A DNA stretch of 64,000 bases from Bdellovibrionota bacterium (lineage in GTDB: Bacteria > Bdellovibrionota_C > UBA2361 > JAAYZI01): contig JBMNIF010000002.1 in assembly GCA_050950765.1 (NCBI GenBank), positions 529,454 to 593,453 on the forward strand, given 5' to 3'. The notes under the pieces were generated by a model. The model was not told the origin of the DNA, did not search any database, and saw only the letters and a list, made by a program, of their open reading frames with translations. This document shows positions 39,901-49,324 of this stretch, in pieces. How positions within the stretch are numbered: the first letter of the stretch is position 1; each line of letters starts with the position of its first letter. Both the position numbers and the translations under genes were made by a program.

Positions 39901-39971
39901 ATAAGAACGGTAAACTTGCTAAGAACACGAAGTGGAGCGATTCTAAAACTGTTACAGTTTCGAAAAAGTAG
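36957..39971 (+). CDS. Secreted RCC1-repeat protein with MopE-like cysteine repeats and lysine-rich C-terminal tail
   Basis: Signal peptide. About 7 RCC1 blades (YCWG.N..GQLG). Four near-identical 56-aa repeats CNNIDDDCDGVTDTDAAGYGAACNNGLLGACYKTGTMSVCDGGVLTCSAPNVEPTTEVA (CxxxDDDCDG metal-binding-type motif). Basic K-rich C-terminus. Confidence 0.7.
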   Translation: MQKFTLRTLKLVVLFSFFCGSLAGAETFLPTTQNYNYNFNILNNLSTPPTAQNFNIKNFSLFSTLKKSLPFRREFFGNPPPYLAAQVTSISMGYFHACAIVGGRLYCWGLNSSGQLGINSTDTTTTPTLTYDPSTTSFTGLLGGQGVSSVSANGYNTCAINADGKLYCWGENDSGQVGNGTLGFDCKYPVLIEDPSTLSCSGLLGSETVIAVSVGASPNDTPEGESSGRTHVCAINADDKLYCWGDNTFGQLGDGQSGGSLPRLVGDSGTLNGRGVVQVSAGYSFTCAINTESLLFCWGKNDYGQLGIYSTENTTSPTPIYNADPEKVGGLGTGNDPAVMSVSAGTTHTCAIESGYLFCWGDGSYGALGNGDGTDRSFPVAINKGSPPGQLDGSIVLSTSSGSGFTCAINEIGEIYCWGKNTDKKLLGISGVDTRFPQLVAGSDSNPNPGLLGTYTVNAVSCSNSGPSYQSICGINSQHNLYCWGDSNFGQLGQNSTTTNTTPTQTLFNEDSTCNGIDDDGDGLTDEDYVSVSCNTGLHGLCAAGTTSCNAGSVVCNQTNSPTTEIACNNIDDDCDGITDTDAAGYGAACNNGLLGACYKTGTMSVCDGGVLTCSAPNVEPTTEVACNNIDDDCDGVTDTDAAGYGAACNNGLLGACYKTGTMSVCDGGVLTCSAPNVEPTTEVACNNIDDDCDGVTDTDAAGYGDACNNGLLGACYKTGTMSVCDGGVLTCSAPNVEPTTEVACNNIDDDCDGVTDTDAAGYGAACNNGLLGACYKTGTMTLCEGGVLTCSAPDADPVSEICGNGIDDDCDGETDEDCNAETPTPTPPAPFVDACPTDPNKTEAGVCGCGIADSDHNNNGIIDCLDPKWPTTKIDSIVTPNTKPVTPRVDVVKKKVVVYMQRFKRAELLKKLRNVVNYAKKNKRKKITFRYEVVLRQVSTKTTYKSITKKKIQSRISKRNKVIFKKQRQGTYKIKYRVKIYKNGKLAKNTKWSDSKTVTVSKK
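38630..39300. repeat. Four near-identical 168-bp tandem repeats inside the RCC1 protein gene
   Basis: Copies differ by only a few nucleotides at the DNA level. Confidence 0.8.
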
Positions 39972-40086
39972 GTGTATGTTTTTATACACCCTATTTTTTA
40001 AATGTTGGTAGCCTACCCATTCCACTTTTACAGAAATTTATATTTCTATTGAAGTATCTTTGAAAAATAACGAAAAGAGAGTCCAC

Positions 40087-41052
40087 TTAGGAAAGTTCCA
40101 GCAAGTCAGAACCTCCATTAGAATCTGCCTTATCAAAATCTACTTCATTAAGGCTTCCAGCAGGACCTCCATCGCTGCCTCTCGATTCAAGAAAGTCATC
40201 GAGGGATTGGTCTACACGTTCTCCCATTGTTCTATGAAAGTCTTCTTCAGGAACATGTTCAATAAAATTTTCTATCCTTTCTATCCTTTCTTTTAAAGTG
40301 TCTGCTATTTCAGGACCACACTCTTCTGCTAAGCGCTTAATTTCCTTAAGATAAGAAGAAAGGTTCCTAGGATCTCTATCTTTAACTTGTTCTTCAGAGA
40401 TTTTTAAATAATTGTCAATACACCTCTTCCTTACATTTTGGTAAGAATCTTTAAGTAATTGTGCATCATCTTCAGACAATTTAATATTTGCCTTTTCATA
40501 AGAGAACTTAATATCTTCTATTAAGCTATCGGCAAAAGCTACATCATCTTTATTTACTCCCTGCTTTTCTACTATTTGTTGCAAATGATACTTTAAAGAG
40601 GAAATTGAGTTCTCACAACAACGCTGTAAAAATTCATCGAGCAGCTCACTTTGATATTTTTTAATTTTTTCAATTGCTCCACTTGCAAACGAGACACTAC
40701 CACTTGCAGCGTACTCCTCCAAACATTGCAAATAGTGCTGAATACCGTTTCTTCGTGCTGAGAGTAAACAAGATTGCAGCTCTCCAAGCTCTTCTGCACT
40801 AAACAGATTAGTATTAGAAGAACCAACTTTAGCTTTACGCATCTCATCAAAGACCTTATCTGCTCTAGCAACAGCCCCATACTTGGCATAAAATTTTAAG
40901 CGCCACAGGAAAAAATCTTTGGAGACACTTGGACTGAGAAAAGACGCTTCTTCTAGTGGAGGACTTTCGGAACCCTCTTTAGGATCTATGCCTTGACGAT
41001 CTTGACGAGTTCGTTTTTGATATGACGGATTATCTGATTTTATTGGCGGCAT
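40087..41052 (-). CDS. Paralog-family B protein (copy 1), unknown function
   Basis: Pro/Ser-rich N-terminus. Shares LQSCLLSARRNGIQHYLQC and YLKISEEQVKDRDPRNLSSYLKEIKRLAEECG blocks with 41305..42135. Confidence 0.45.
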   Translation of the reverse strand: MPPIKSDNPSYQKRTRQDRQGIDPKEGSESPPLEEASFLSPSVSKDFFLWRLKFYAKYGAVARADKVFDEMRKAKVGSSNTNLFSAEELGELQSCLLSARRNGIQHYLQCLEEYAASGSVSFASGAIEKIKKYQSELLDEFLQRCCENSISSLKYHLQQIVEKQGVNKDDVAFADSLIEDIKFSYEKANIKLSEDDAQLLKDSYQNVRKRCIDNYLKISEEQVKDRDPRNLSSYLKEIKRLAEECGPEIADTLKERIERIENFIEHVPEEDFHRTMGERVDQSLDDFLESRGSDGGPAGSLNEVDFDKADSNGGSDLLELS

Positions 41053-41089
41053 TAAAAACTTATTTTTACTACTTTACTACAACTATCTG

Positions 41090-41118
41090 ATTTTAGCCCG
41101 CCCCTCCTACCTCGTCAA
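41090..41118 (-). promoter_or_regulatory. Sigma70-like promoter TTGACG-N17-TAAAAT for paralog B copy 1
   Basis: Near-consensus -35/-10 with 17-nt spacer about 40 nt upstream of the ATG. The whole roughly 135-bp upstream block is near-identical to 42140..42270. Confidence 0.55.
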
Positions 41119-41304
41119 TTTTACTAAAAAATAATGCTTTATCAGACAGTTGCGCACAAAAAAGCGCTGTTAAAAACGGTCTCGCCCTCTTTTTCTTAGC
41201 TTCTAAGCCTAAAGCTAGAGGCTGAAGAAAAGCATCAAAGGCACTTTTTAAAACGCTTTGCTTTTAAAAAGTGTATCTCTGTATCTATCCACTCGTCCTA
41301 TCCT

Positions 41305-42135
41305 TTATTTTAAAGTGTCTACTATTTTAAGACCACATTCTTCTGCTAAGCGCTTAATTTCCTCAAGATAAGGGGAAAGGTTCCTAGAATCTCCATCTTT
41401 AACTTGTTCTTCAGAGATTTTTAAATAAATTTCAATACTCTTTTGCCTTACACTTTTGTAAGAATCTTTAAGGAATTGTGCGACCTCTTCAGGCATTTCA
41501 CGCTTTGCATATACATAGTAGAGCTCGAGATCATTTTTAAATTGATCAGCATCAGCGATATACGCTTTTAATACATTAACAACATCTAGATCGATATTTA
41601 GATCTATTTCATACTTTTTTAATTTGGCGGCATAATTTTTTAATATTTCAACATCACTTAGTTTTACTATCTTGTTCAATTTATACTTAGCAGAAGGAAT
41701 CGCTACCGCCAAACATTCCCTAAAAAGTTCATCAACCCACTCCTGAGTAGCAGGAGCCTTTTCAGTACCCAGAACTTTTTCATATTGTGTAATTTTATTA
41801 AGTGTTTTTAGTGCAAGCCCAACATCACCACCTTGAGCGTACTCCTTAAAGCATTGCAGCAAGTGCTGAATACCGTTTTTTCGTGCTGAGAGTAAACAAG
41901 ATTGCAGTTTTTCGAGCTCTTCTGCACTAAGTAGATCGTGCTCACGTAATAAGTCAAAGTACCTATGAGTCCTATCAACATTTCCGATCTTGGCATAAAA
42001 TTTTAAGCGAGCTAATAGATCATCTACATTAGGTAAAGACGCTTCCTCTAATGGAGAACTTTCGGGGGAACTCCCTTGAGAGGGATTAGAACCTTGAGAG
42101 TGGTTAGGAGGTGTGGAGCTTAAGTTTATCGACAT
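41305..42135 (-). CDS. Paralog-family B protein (copy 2), unknown function
   Basis: Paralog of 40087..41052 with the same conserved blocks. Confidence 0.45.
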   Translation of the reverse strand: MSINLSSTPPNHSQGSNPSQGSSPESSPLEEASLPNVDDLLARLKFYAKIGNVDRTHRYFDLLREHDLLSAEELEKLQSCLLSARKNGIQHLLQCFKEYAQGGDVGLALKTLNKITQYEKVLGTEKAPATQEWVDELFRECLAVAIPSAKYKLNKIVKLSDVEILKNYAAKLKKYEIDLNIDLDVVNVLKAYIADADQFKNDLELYYVYAKREMPEEVAQFLKDSYKSVRQKSIEIYLKISEEQVKDGDSRNLSPYLEEIKRLAEECGLKIVDTLK

Positions 42136-42166
42136 TATTAAAACTTCGTTTTACTACAACTATCTG

Positions 42167-42195
42167 ATTTTAGCCCGCCCCTCCTACCTCGTCAA
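42167..42195 (-). promoter_or_regulatory. Sigma70-like promoter TTGACG-N17-TAAAAT for paralog B copy 2
   Basis: Identical to the promoter at 41090..41118. Confidence 0.55.
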
Positions 42196-42274
42196 TTTTA
42201 CTAAAAAATAATGCTTTATCAGACAGTTACGCACAAAAAAGCGCTGTTAAAAACGGTCTCGCCCTCTCTTCCCA

Positions 42275-43375
42275 TTAAACATTAAAGAGGAACTCTACAA
42301 CATCACCGTCTTCCATCACGTAATCTTTTCCCTCTGTGCGTAACACACCCGCTGTGCGACACGCTGCCACACTTTTGTATTGGAGATAATCTTCATACTT
42401 AATGACCTGTGCGCGGATAAAGCCACGTTCGAAATCAGTATGAATCACACCGGCAGCTTGTGGAGCCTTCCACCCTTTTTCTATCGTCCAAGCACGCACC
42501 TCTTTCGGACCTGCTGTAAAAAAACTTTGCAAACCGAGGGTGTCGTATCCGATCCTCGTTAAGCCTTGTAAGGCGCTCTCTTTTAAACCGTATTCCTGTA
42601 AAAGCTCTGCCGCTTCTTGATCTGAAAGTCCGATCATATCCTCTTCGATCTTAGCGCAGATCGTAACACACCCAGCCTTAGACTTTTCAGCGTGTGCCTT
42701 AACAGCCTTAACATAACTGTTCTCTTTATTGATCTCATCCTCTCCGATATTCATAGCGTAAACTACACGTTTATCAGTTAAGAAGGAGGACTGCTTTAAA
42801 AAGAATTCGAAGTCGGCGTCATCGCGCTGTCCAAATGAAGATACGGGATGACCTGTATTTAAGTGTTCAACTAAAGCATTAACAATCTCCACTAGTGGTA
42901 GCAATTTTTTGTCGCCTTTGGCTTGCTTCTGCACCCGCTCAAGTTGTCTTTCGATACTCTGCAGATCAGCTAAGATTAACTCCGTTTCAATCACCTCAAT
43001 ATCTCGTAACGGATCAACACTACCATCAACATGAACTATATTTTCATCATCAAAACACCTGACTACATGCAAAATAGCATTAGCTTCTCTGATATTTGCT
43101 AAAAACTTATTTCCCAAACCTTCACCACGACTAGCACCTTTAACAAGCCCTGCGATATCTACAAAATCAACTGTGGCATAAATAGTTTTTTGTGGTTTTA
43201 CGAACTCACTTATTAGATCAATACGAGGGTCTTTTAGAGGAACCGTTGCTTTATTCGGTTCTATCGTACAAAAAGGATAGTTAGCGCTCTCTGCATTTTG
43301 CGCTCTTGTTAAAGCATTAAAAATCGTTGATTTTCCAACATTCGGCAGTCCAACAATTCCGATATTTAGTCCCAT
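42275..43375 (-). CDS. ychF: Ribosome-binding ATPase YchF
   Basis: [19 protein letters not shown]-loop, C-terminal TGS domain. 366 aa. Confidence 0.9.
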   Translation of the reverse strand: MGLNIGIVGLPNVGKSTIFNALTRAQNAESANYPFCTIEPNKATVPLKDPRIDLISEFVKPQKTIYATVDFVDIAGLVKGASRGEGLGNKFLANIREANAILHVVRCFDDENIVHVDGSVDPLRDIEVIETELILADLQSIERQLERVQKQAKGDKKLLPLVEIVNALVEHLNTGHPVSSFGQRDDADFEFFLKQSSFLTDKRVVYAMNIGEDEINKENSYVKAVKAHAEKSKAGCVTICAKIEEDMIGLSDQEAAELLQEYGLKESALQGLTRIGYDTLGLQSFFTAGPKEVRAWTIEKGWKAPQAAGVIHTDFERGFIRAQVIKYEDYLQYKSVAACRTAGVLRTEGKDYVMEDGDVVEFLFNV

Positions 43376-43622
43376 AGCACACCGCTCTCAGATAGAAATG
43401 ATAAATTAAGGTGCAGAAGCGCATTCAAAAACAGATCAGCCCGTTAAGCGGCGTCATTTTAGCCCATATCAATAAAATAACAATATCACCTTTTCTATCC
43501 TGACAAATCAATTAATCTCACGTATTGTCAAGAGATACTCACATTGTAGCCGCTCCTTCAAAACCCTTACTGTTATAATCGAGGTTGAGGTCTAAGGATA
43601 ATTTTTATACATTGCTATCACC

Positions 43623-45356
43623 ATGCGCCTTTCTTTTTTTAATAAGTTTAAACAGATACCTTTCTTTAAAATTTTCTTACTAATCTCTGTCTGTTCTTAC
43701 GGATTCCTTGCTTGGAAAACCGTAGCTCCTTTCTGGTTTAATCTCTCTTATTCAACTAACGACGCCTATCAACAGGTTTATCCGTTTCACAAAGTATTAA
43801 ACCCGCTCCTATTTAAAGATGATGTCATTACTGAATATATGCAGCTCTACCTGCCGCCCCTGCACTATCTAATCTGTTCCGTAATAACTTGGCTCTCTTC
43901 TAACGTTATTTTAATGTCTCACATCGTGACGCTGCTTCAGATCTCGTTACTAATACTCTTTATGTTTTTAGGAGTTCGCCGTGCGGCAGGTAGCAGTGCT
44001 GCCCTATTTGCTACACTCTGGCTTTTACACACACGTAGCATCCTCGATCGTGCCACAGGCGGTTTGGCGCGTGGCTGGCTAGCGGTAATCATTGCCTGTT
44101 TTTTATACCTACTTGTCAGTAAACGGCACCGATCTATTATCTTCCTTTTGTTTTTCGGATGTCTTCTAAATCAAGTAGGCACATTTGTTAGCGCTTTCAG
44201 TTATGGTCTTTTCTTGTGTTGTAAAATTTTATCTCGTAAAAGTCGTAAAGAATATCTACCGCACCTTATCAGACTTGGCATTGCTGCACCCTTTATAATT
44301 TTACTTACCTTTATTACCACTCAAAAACCTGCCGAGATAGGAGAGATGGCAACTCTAAAAGAAGCCTCCACTCTAAGCACATTCAGCAAAACAGGACGTT
44401 TTCCACTTCTTCCTTTTAAAAGCATTACAAGTGAAATAACTGATTATGCGCTGTCACCTTTTAACACCAAAAAAGTTTGGTACAAACCACCAGAGATTGT
44501 CCGCAAAGCAACTCTTCCCTTTGTGATACTCCTATTTTTGGGGCTTTACTTAATGGCAGCATTTAAAAAACAGAAGAGCTTAATAGTAGAAGCGCTATCT
44601 TGTTTTTCAGCCTCTTTAATGGCTTATCTTTTAGCAAGACACTTTGCCTTTCGCCTTTTTGTACCGAATAGGTATCTTCTTGTTCCGATGGGACTTTTCT
44701 CTATTTTCTTCGTTTCCGCGATAGGTTTTAACGTATTTAAAAATATAAAAATTAAACCTTTAAACTTAGACGGCTCTGTTATCTTTGCCTGTTTTATGGC
44801 GTGCGCTATCCTTCTATTTTCAGGGCATGGCTTGTACGGTCACGGTAGGTTTGATGTAACAAGTACAAAAAGAGAAAACCTCTGGAAGTGGCTTAAGTTA
44901 AACACTCCCCACGATGCTCTTTTTGCAGGGCACCCTTCTTATATTAATGGTTTGCAATTATGGGCAGAAAGAACAGCTTACATCACAACAGAAACGGCGC
45001 ACCCCTTTTATTCAGAGTATCGTAAAGAATCAGAACGTCGCTTAGCAAACTCCTTCAAAGCGTATTACGCCACAACACCACTCGCCTTTACTGAAGTGCT
45101 AGAGAATGAAGGGATCGATTATTTCATCTTTAATAAAAAAGATTTTTCAGATGCAGCTATCAAGCGAGCAACTTACAGAGACCCTATTAGGGAAGTGGTG
45201 CAAGAATTATGCAAAGATAAAGTTGCAGCGGATTTTCTTTATGCAAAGTTTTCTAATGCCGAATCTCCATTATCGCAAAGTGTAGCTTACGAAGATCAAG
45301 ATTCTCTTGTTGTCGATCTAAAGCACCTCCTTAAAATAAGCCAAGTAACAAATTGA
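43623..45356 (+). CDS. Polytopic membrane protein with C-terminal soluble domain, unknown function
   Basis: About 10 predicted TM helices in the first 400 aa. No confident family assignment. Confidence 0.4.
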   Translation: MRLSFFNKFKQIPFFKIFLLISVCSYGFLAWKTVAPFWFNLSYSTNDAYQQVYPFHKVLNPLLFKDDVITEYMQLYLPPLHYLICSVITWLSSNVILMSHIVTLLQISLLILFMFLGVRRAAGSSAALFATLWLLHTRSILDRATGGLARGWLAVIIACFLYLLVSKRHRSIIFLLFFGCLLNQVGTFVSAFSYGLFLCCKILSRKSRKEYLPHLIRLGIAAPFIILLTFITTQKPAEIGEMATLKEASTLSTFSKTGRFPLLPFKSITSEITDYALSPFNTKKVWYKPPEIVRKATLPFVILLFLGLYLMAAFKKQKSLIVEALSCFSASLMAYLLARHFAFRLFVPNRYLLVPMGLFSIFFVSAIGFNVFKNIKIKPLNLDGSVIFACFMACAILLFSGHGLYGHGRFDVTSTKRENLWKWLKLNTPHDALFAGHPSYINGLQLWAERTAYITTETAHPFYSEYRKESERRLANSFKAYYATTPLAFTEVLENEGIDYFIFNKKDFSDAAIKRATYRDPIREVVQELCKDKVAADFLYAKFSNAESPLSQSVAYEDQDSLVVDLKHLLKISQVTN

Positions 45357-45489
45357 ATATCTTAGTGTTGTAAGTAGATGATCTATAAATTGATTGCACC
45401 GTGCTTAAGCGTTTGTCATAATTTAATACCTTAAATGCGAAATATCCTATCGCCAAAGATAGACTTTAGTTTTTTATGGATCTTAAAAT

Positions 45490-45909
45490 ATGAACCTTCT
45501 TTTATTAGCTATGTCTTCAACTTTTATTTTAGTAGGTAGCGCGCTTTCTCAAAATAACTCGTACGATAAATACGGCAACAAAACAGGTTCTTATCACACG
45601 AACTCAAGTGGTGACATCACTTCCTATAATAAATACGGAAGTAAGATCAAAACTTATAACAAAACTTCCGATGGCTATAATATCTACGATAAGTATGGGA
45701 GTAAAAGCGGAACACTCAGAAAAACAACAAACGGATATAACACTTACGACAAATACGGTAGCAGAACAGGTAGCTTCAAAACAGATTCGAACGGTACTAC
45801 TACACACTATGATAAATATGGAAATAAAACAGGCACTTTTAAAAAAGATTCAACAGGTCGCATAACTCATTACGATAAATACGGACATAAAATTAAAAGC
45901 TATAAGTGA
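45490..45909 (+). CDS. Small secreted protein built of about 20-aa YDKYG tandem repeats
   Basis: Signal peptide, then 6-7 repeats of YDKYGxKxGxxKxxxxGxxTx. Confidence 0.5.
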   Translation: MNLLLLAMSSTFILVGSALSQNNSYDKYGNKTGSYHTNSSGDITSYNKYGSKIKTYNKTSDGYNIYDKYGSKSGTLRKTTNGYNTYDKYGSRTGSFKTDSNGTTTHYDKYGNKTGTFKKDSTGRITHYDKYGHKIKSYK

Positions 45910-46035
45910 ATACCTTACGGCGTAAAGATATGCTTATGATAAAAAAGGGGTGGGTGCTGCTTAGGCTTTTTTTGAATAATTTTTTAGATAAGAATCCTGC
46001 ACAATTGATTGATGCTAAATTTATGGAGTTTTATT

Positions 46036-47070
46036 ATGCATAAAAAAATCGTTAGTTTATTTTCAGGAGCAGGTGGCTTGGATAAAGGCTTTGAAAAAGC
46101 CGGATTTGATATTGTATGGGCAAATGAATTTGATCCTACAATTTGGGAAACTTTTGAACACAACTTCCCTAACACCTATCTAGACAAAAGAAGCATACGG
46201 GATGTTCCGTCAAATGATATTCCGGAGTGTATTGGTATTATTGGTGGACCTCCGTGTCAAAGTTGGTCGGAAGCCGGTTCATTACGAGGCATCAACGACT
46301 CAAGGGGACAACTCTTTTATGAATTCATAAGAACCTTAAGAGATAAAAAACCACTATTCTTTTTAGCTGAAAATGTTGAGGGGATGCTTGCACAAAGACA
46401 TGCGCAAGCTTTAGCCAAGATAAAGTATCTGTTTAAAGAGTCAGGCTATAATCTAAGTTTTAAATTGATTAATGCAAATAATTACAACGTCCCTCAAGAT
46501 AGGAAGCGTGTAATTTTTATAGGATATAGAGATGATTTAAATTTAACTTTTGAATTTCCAAAAGAATCTAACTACAAACCTGTTCTGCAAGATGCCATTT
46601 GGGATTTAAAAGATTCAGCGATACCAGCGAAAGAAAAGAATTACACGAATGGAACAAAATGTATTGTTCCTAATCATGAATATATGATCGGTGGATTTTC
46701 AACGATATATATGTCAAGAAACCGAGTTAGGGCTTGGGATGAACCGTCTTTTACAATTCAAGCAGGCGGCAGGCACGCCCCCATACATCCACAAGCACCA
46801 AAGATGACATTCATTGAACAAAATAAACGTGAATTTGTAAAAGGAAAAGAGGACTTGTATCGTAGGCTATCGTTACGTGAATGTGCGAGAATTCAAACTT
46901 TCCCAGATGATTTTATCTTTAAATATGACAATCTGATAAATGGTTACAAGATGGTTGGAAATGCTGTGCCTGTAAACATGGCGTACATTCTCGCAACTAA
47001 AATAATGCAAGATCTGTCAGCAATCTTAAATTTTGAAGATATACAGGAAAAGAGATCGGTTAATTTTTAA
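46036..47070 (+). CDS. DNA (cytosine-5)-methyltransferase
   Basis: [13 protein letters not shown] (motif I), GGPPCQSWS (motif IV PCQ), ENVEG (motif VI), C-terminal QTFPDDF. The ORF track start at 46009 probably over-extends. ATG at 46036 has a GGAG RBS. Confidence 0.8.
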   Translation: MHKKIVSLFSGAGGLDKGFEKAGFDIVWANEFDPTIWETFEHNFPNTYLDKRSIRDVPSNDIPECIGIIGGPPCQSWSEAGSLRGINDSRGQLFYEFIRTLRDKKPLFFLAENVEGMLAQRHAQALAKIKYLFKESGYNLSFKLINANNYNVPQDRKRVIFIGYRDDLNLTFEFPKESNYKPVLQDAIWDLKDSAIPAKEKNYTNGTKCIVPNHEYMIGGFSTIYMSRNRVRAWDEPSFTIQAGGRHAPIHPQAPKMTFIEQNKREFVKGKEDLYRRLSLRECARIQTFPDDFIFKYDNLINGYKMVGNAVPVNMAYILATKIMQDLSAILNFEDIQEKRSVNF

Positions 47071-47785
47071 TGGCTAAAACCTCTGCTCTTTGAGCGCCTT
47101 TTAGATCTCTAATGGCATAGAGGGTGATTGTTGAACTTACGCCCCGCTTTCTCAAATCCTTAACATATTGCAGAACCTTTTCTTGGTCGCCACGCAGCAC
47201 ATCCTTAAGACACCAACCTACCCCTTTTCGTACGAGATCCTCCTTGTCTTTAAGTAAGTTTTCACATAACGCCAAGGCAGGCTTAGTGAACTTACCACTC
47301 TCGCCACATTTACGAGTAAAAGCTACTACACTTGCTCGACGCTTCCACATATTTTTAGACCTGTTCCAGTTGCTAATCAATTTCAAGACCTCTTGGGGAT
47401 ACCTATTAAGAAGGGGTTGTAATACATCGATGCAAAAATCATCAATAGTAGACCAACTATTAAAATAGTTTAAAGCTCTATCTAAAAAAGCTAAGTGATC
47501 TACGCCGAGAGAATCGATATTAGTTTGTAAGATAAAATTTCCTGCTAGAACTGTTTCCTCTACTCTATCACGATAAAAAAGAAGTGCTAACGCCACACTG
47601 TCTTTGCAAGAAAGCGCACTAATGCGGCGTTTGTATGATTTAAGAATCCGGTCACGCACGGAGGTCTTCACACCGTAAGAACGATACCCGTCGTACTTAT
47701 GATACCTTGCGCTATCTTGAGCTACTTTTTTATCAGCAGCACAAAGCAACTCATTCTTAATCTCTTGATATAAACTTTTTATCAC
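47060..47785 (-). CDS. AlkD-like DNA alkylation repair (HEAT-like repeat) protein, putative
   Basis: About 240 aa helical-repeat protein. [18 protein letters not shown] resembles AlkC/AlkD family tryptophan motifs. Confidence 0.4.
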   Translation of the reverse strand: MIKSLYQEIKNELLCAADKKVAQDSARYHKYDGYRSYGVKTSVRDRILKSYKRRISALSCKDSVALALLFYRDRVEETVLAGNFILQTNIDSLGVDHLAFLDRALNYFNSWSTIDDFCIDVLQPLLNRYPQEVLKLISNWNRSKNMWKRRASVVAFTRKCGESGKFTKPALALCENLLKDKEDLVRKGVGWCLKDVLRGDQEKVLQYVKDLRKRGVSSTITLYAIRDLKGAQRAEVLAIKN

Positions 47786-47837
47786 TTTAGTTCCTTAGTG
47801 AGTCGGATAGTTGAATATCTTAGTCTGATCTAATGAT

Positions 47838-47960
47838 AGCAACGGAGTGATTATAACAGAACTTTTTTATCACCACCCTTGTAGCAACGGAGTGGTTACA
47901 ACAGATCTTTTTTATCACCACCCTTGTAGCAACGGAGTGATTATAACAGAACTTGTCTTA
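47838..47960. repeat. 45-bp tandem repeat, about 2.7 copies
   Basis: Unit agcaacggagtgattataacagaacttttttatcaccacccttgt. Confidence 0.75.
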
Positions 47961-47996
47961 CCGACACCTACTTAATATCGATGCCAAAATAAAAGT

Positions 47997-48085
47997 TGGC
48001 GGAGAGAGGGGGATTCGAACCCCCGGTAGGGGTAACCTACACACGCTTTCCAAGCGTGCGCCTTCAGCCACTCGGCCATCTCTCC
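47997..48085 (-). tRNA. tRNA-Ser (anticodon GGA)
   Basis: Reverse complement gives GGAGAGATGGCCGAGTGG..., a long variable arm, anticodon loop TTGGAAA and an encoded CCA. Confidence 0.8.
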
Positions 48086-48169
48086 ATTAAGACGGTAACG
48101 GTGCAACTCTATCGACGAGCACCTTTTTTAAAAACAGATAAAAAACCATCTTTCAAGGTGTAAAGAGAA

Positions 48170-48256
48170 CGGAGAGGAAGAGATTCGAACTCTCGGTACA
48201 GTTTCCCGTACACACACTTAGCAGGCGTGCGCCTTCAGCCACTCGGCCACCTCTCC
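48170..48256 (-). tRNA. tRNA-Ser (anticodon GCT)
   Basis: Reverse complement gives GGAGAGGTGGCCGAGTGG..., anticodon loop CTGCTAA and a long variable arm. Confidence 0.8.
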
Positions 48257-48360
48257 AAATCAGAATACCTTTCTCTCAAAAAAGGCTCTTCTTGGTTTTT
48301 ATCACTTTTTTATAGCATAAAAAATAATATGTTTAATAATATCAATTGATAAACAACAAT

Positions 48361-48447
48361 CGGTGGGAAAGGGATTCGAACCCCCGGACCCCTTTCGAGA
48401 TCTCTGGTTTTCAAGACCAGCGCCTTCAACCACTCGGCCATCCCACC
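48361..48447 (-). tRNA. tRNA-Ser (anticodon TGA)
   Basis: Reverse complement gives GGTGGGATGGCCGAGTGG..., anticodon loop CTTGAAA and a long variable arm. Confidence 0.8.
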
Positions 48448-48728
48448 ATATTTTAAACGCTATAAGGTGCGTAGAGTAGGCAGAAACGGTAAAAATGGCA
48501 AGTCTCTAAACGCTTTTTCCTAATATAGTTATAAGTTTTAGTTAAAGCTTTTAATTCACTAGCTAGAATAAAAATCGCACGCGGCTCTAAACGCTTTTTC
48601 CTAATACTCCTAACTACTTTTCAAAAGAGATCACCTTTAAAGCATCTACTTTGTAACGTTTTTTATGCTCTAAAATATTTCTTCAAAAGACTCCCAAAAA
48701 ATCTTCCTTTGTGTAAAAATGCGCTTGT

Positions 48729-48805
<77 letters not shown>

Positions 48806-48851
48806 CTTCTTACACCTCTTTCTTTTTCTTTTCATCTTGAGTTAACTCATT

Positions 48852-49322
48852 GTGATAACTAAAAAAACTCCTGATTTTTTAGATATGCTTATGCAGGAAG
48901 CTCTGCAGGAGGCTCGTATGGCCATGCAAGCAGGGGATGTTCCGATAGGGGCTGTCATAGCGCTAAAAGGAGAGATTATTGCGCGCGCGCATAATGAGAT
49001 AGAGCGTTTAAAAGATGCTACAAAACACGCCGAGCTAACAGCTATTCAACGTGCTTCGCAAGTTTTAGGAGATTGGCGGCTTTCTGAAACAACTCTGTGC
49101 GTTACCTTAGAGCCGTGTCCGATGTGTGCCGGAGCTATTAGACAGGCACGGATCGGAACAGTTGTTTTTGCTGCTCACGATGAAAAACGGGGAGCGCTGG
49201 GATCTCTCTTTGATCTCTCTCTGGATAAACGCTTAGGAGCACTTCCCCGTGTTATTAGTGGCATCAGAAGTGCTGAAGCAATAACGTTGTTACAAGATTT
49301 TTTTAAAAATCACAGATCTTAA
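48852..49322 (+). CDS. tadA: tRNA-specific adenosine deaminase TadA
   Basis: HAELTAIQ (HAE) and TLEPCPMCAGAI (PCxxC) CDA-fold zinc motifs. 156 aa. Confidence 0.85.
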   Translation: MITKKTPDFLDMLMQEALQEARMAMQAGDVPIGAVIALKGEIIARAHNEIERLKDATKHAELTAIQRASQVLGDWRLSETTLCVTLEPCPMCAGAIRQARIGTVVFAAHDEKRGALGSLFDLSLDKRLGALPRVISGIRSAEAITLLQDFFKNHRS

Positions 49323-49324
49323 CT

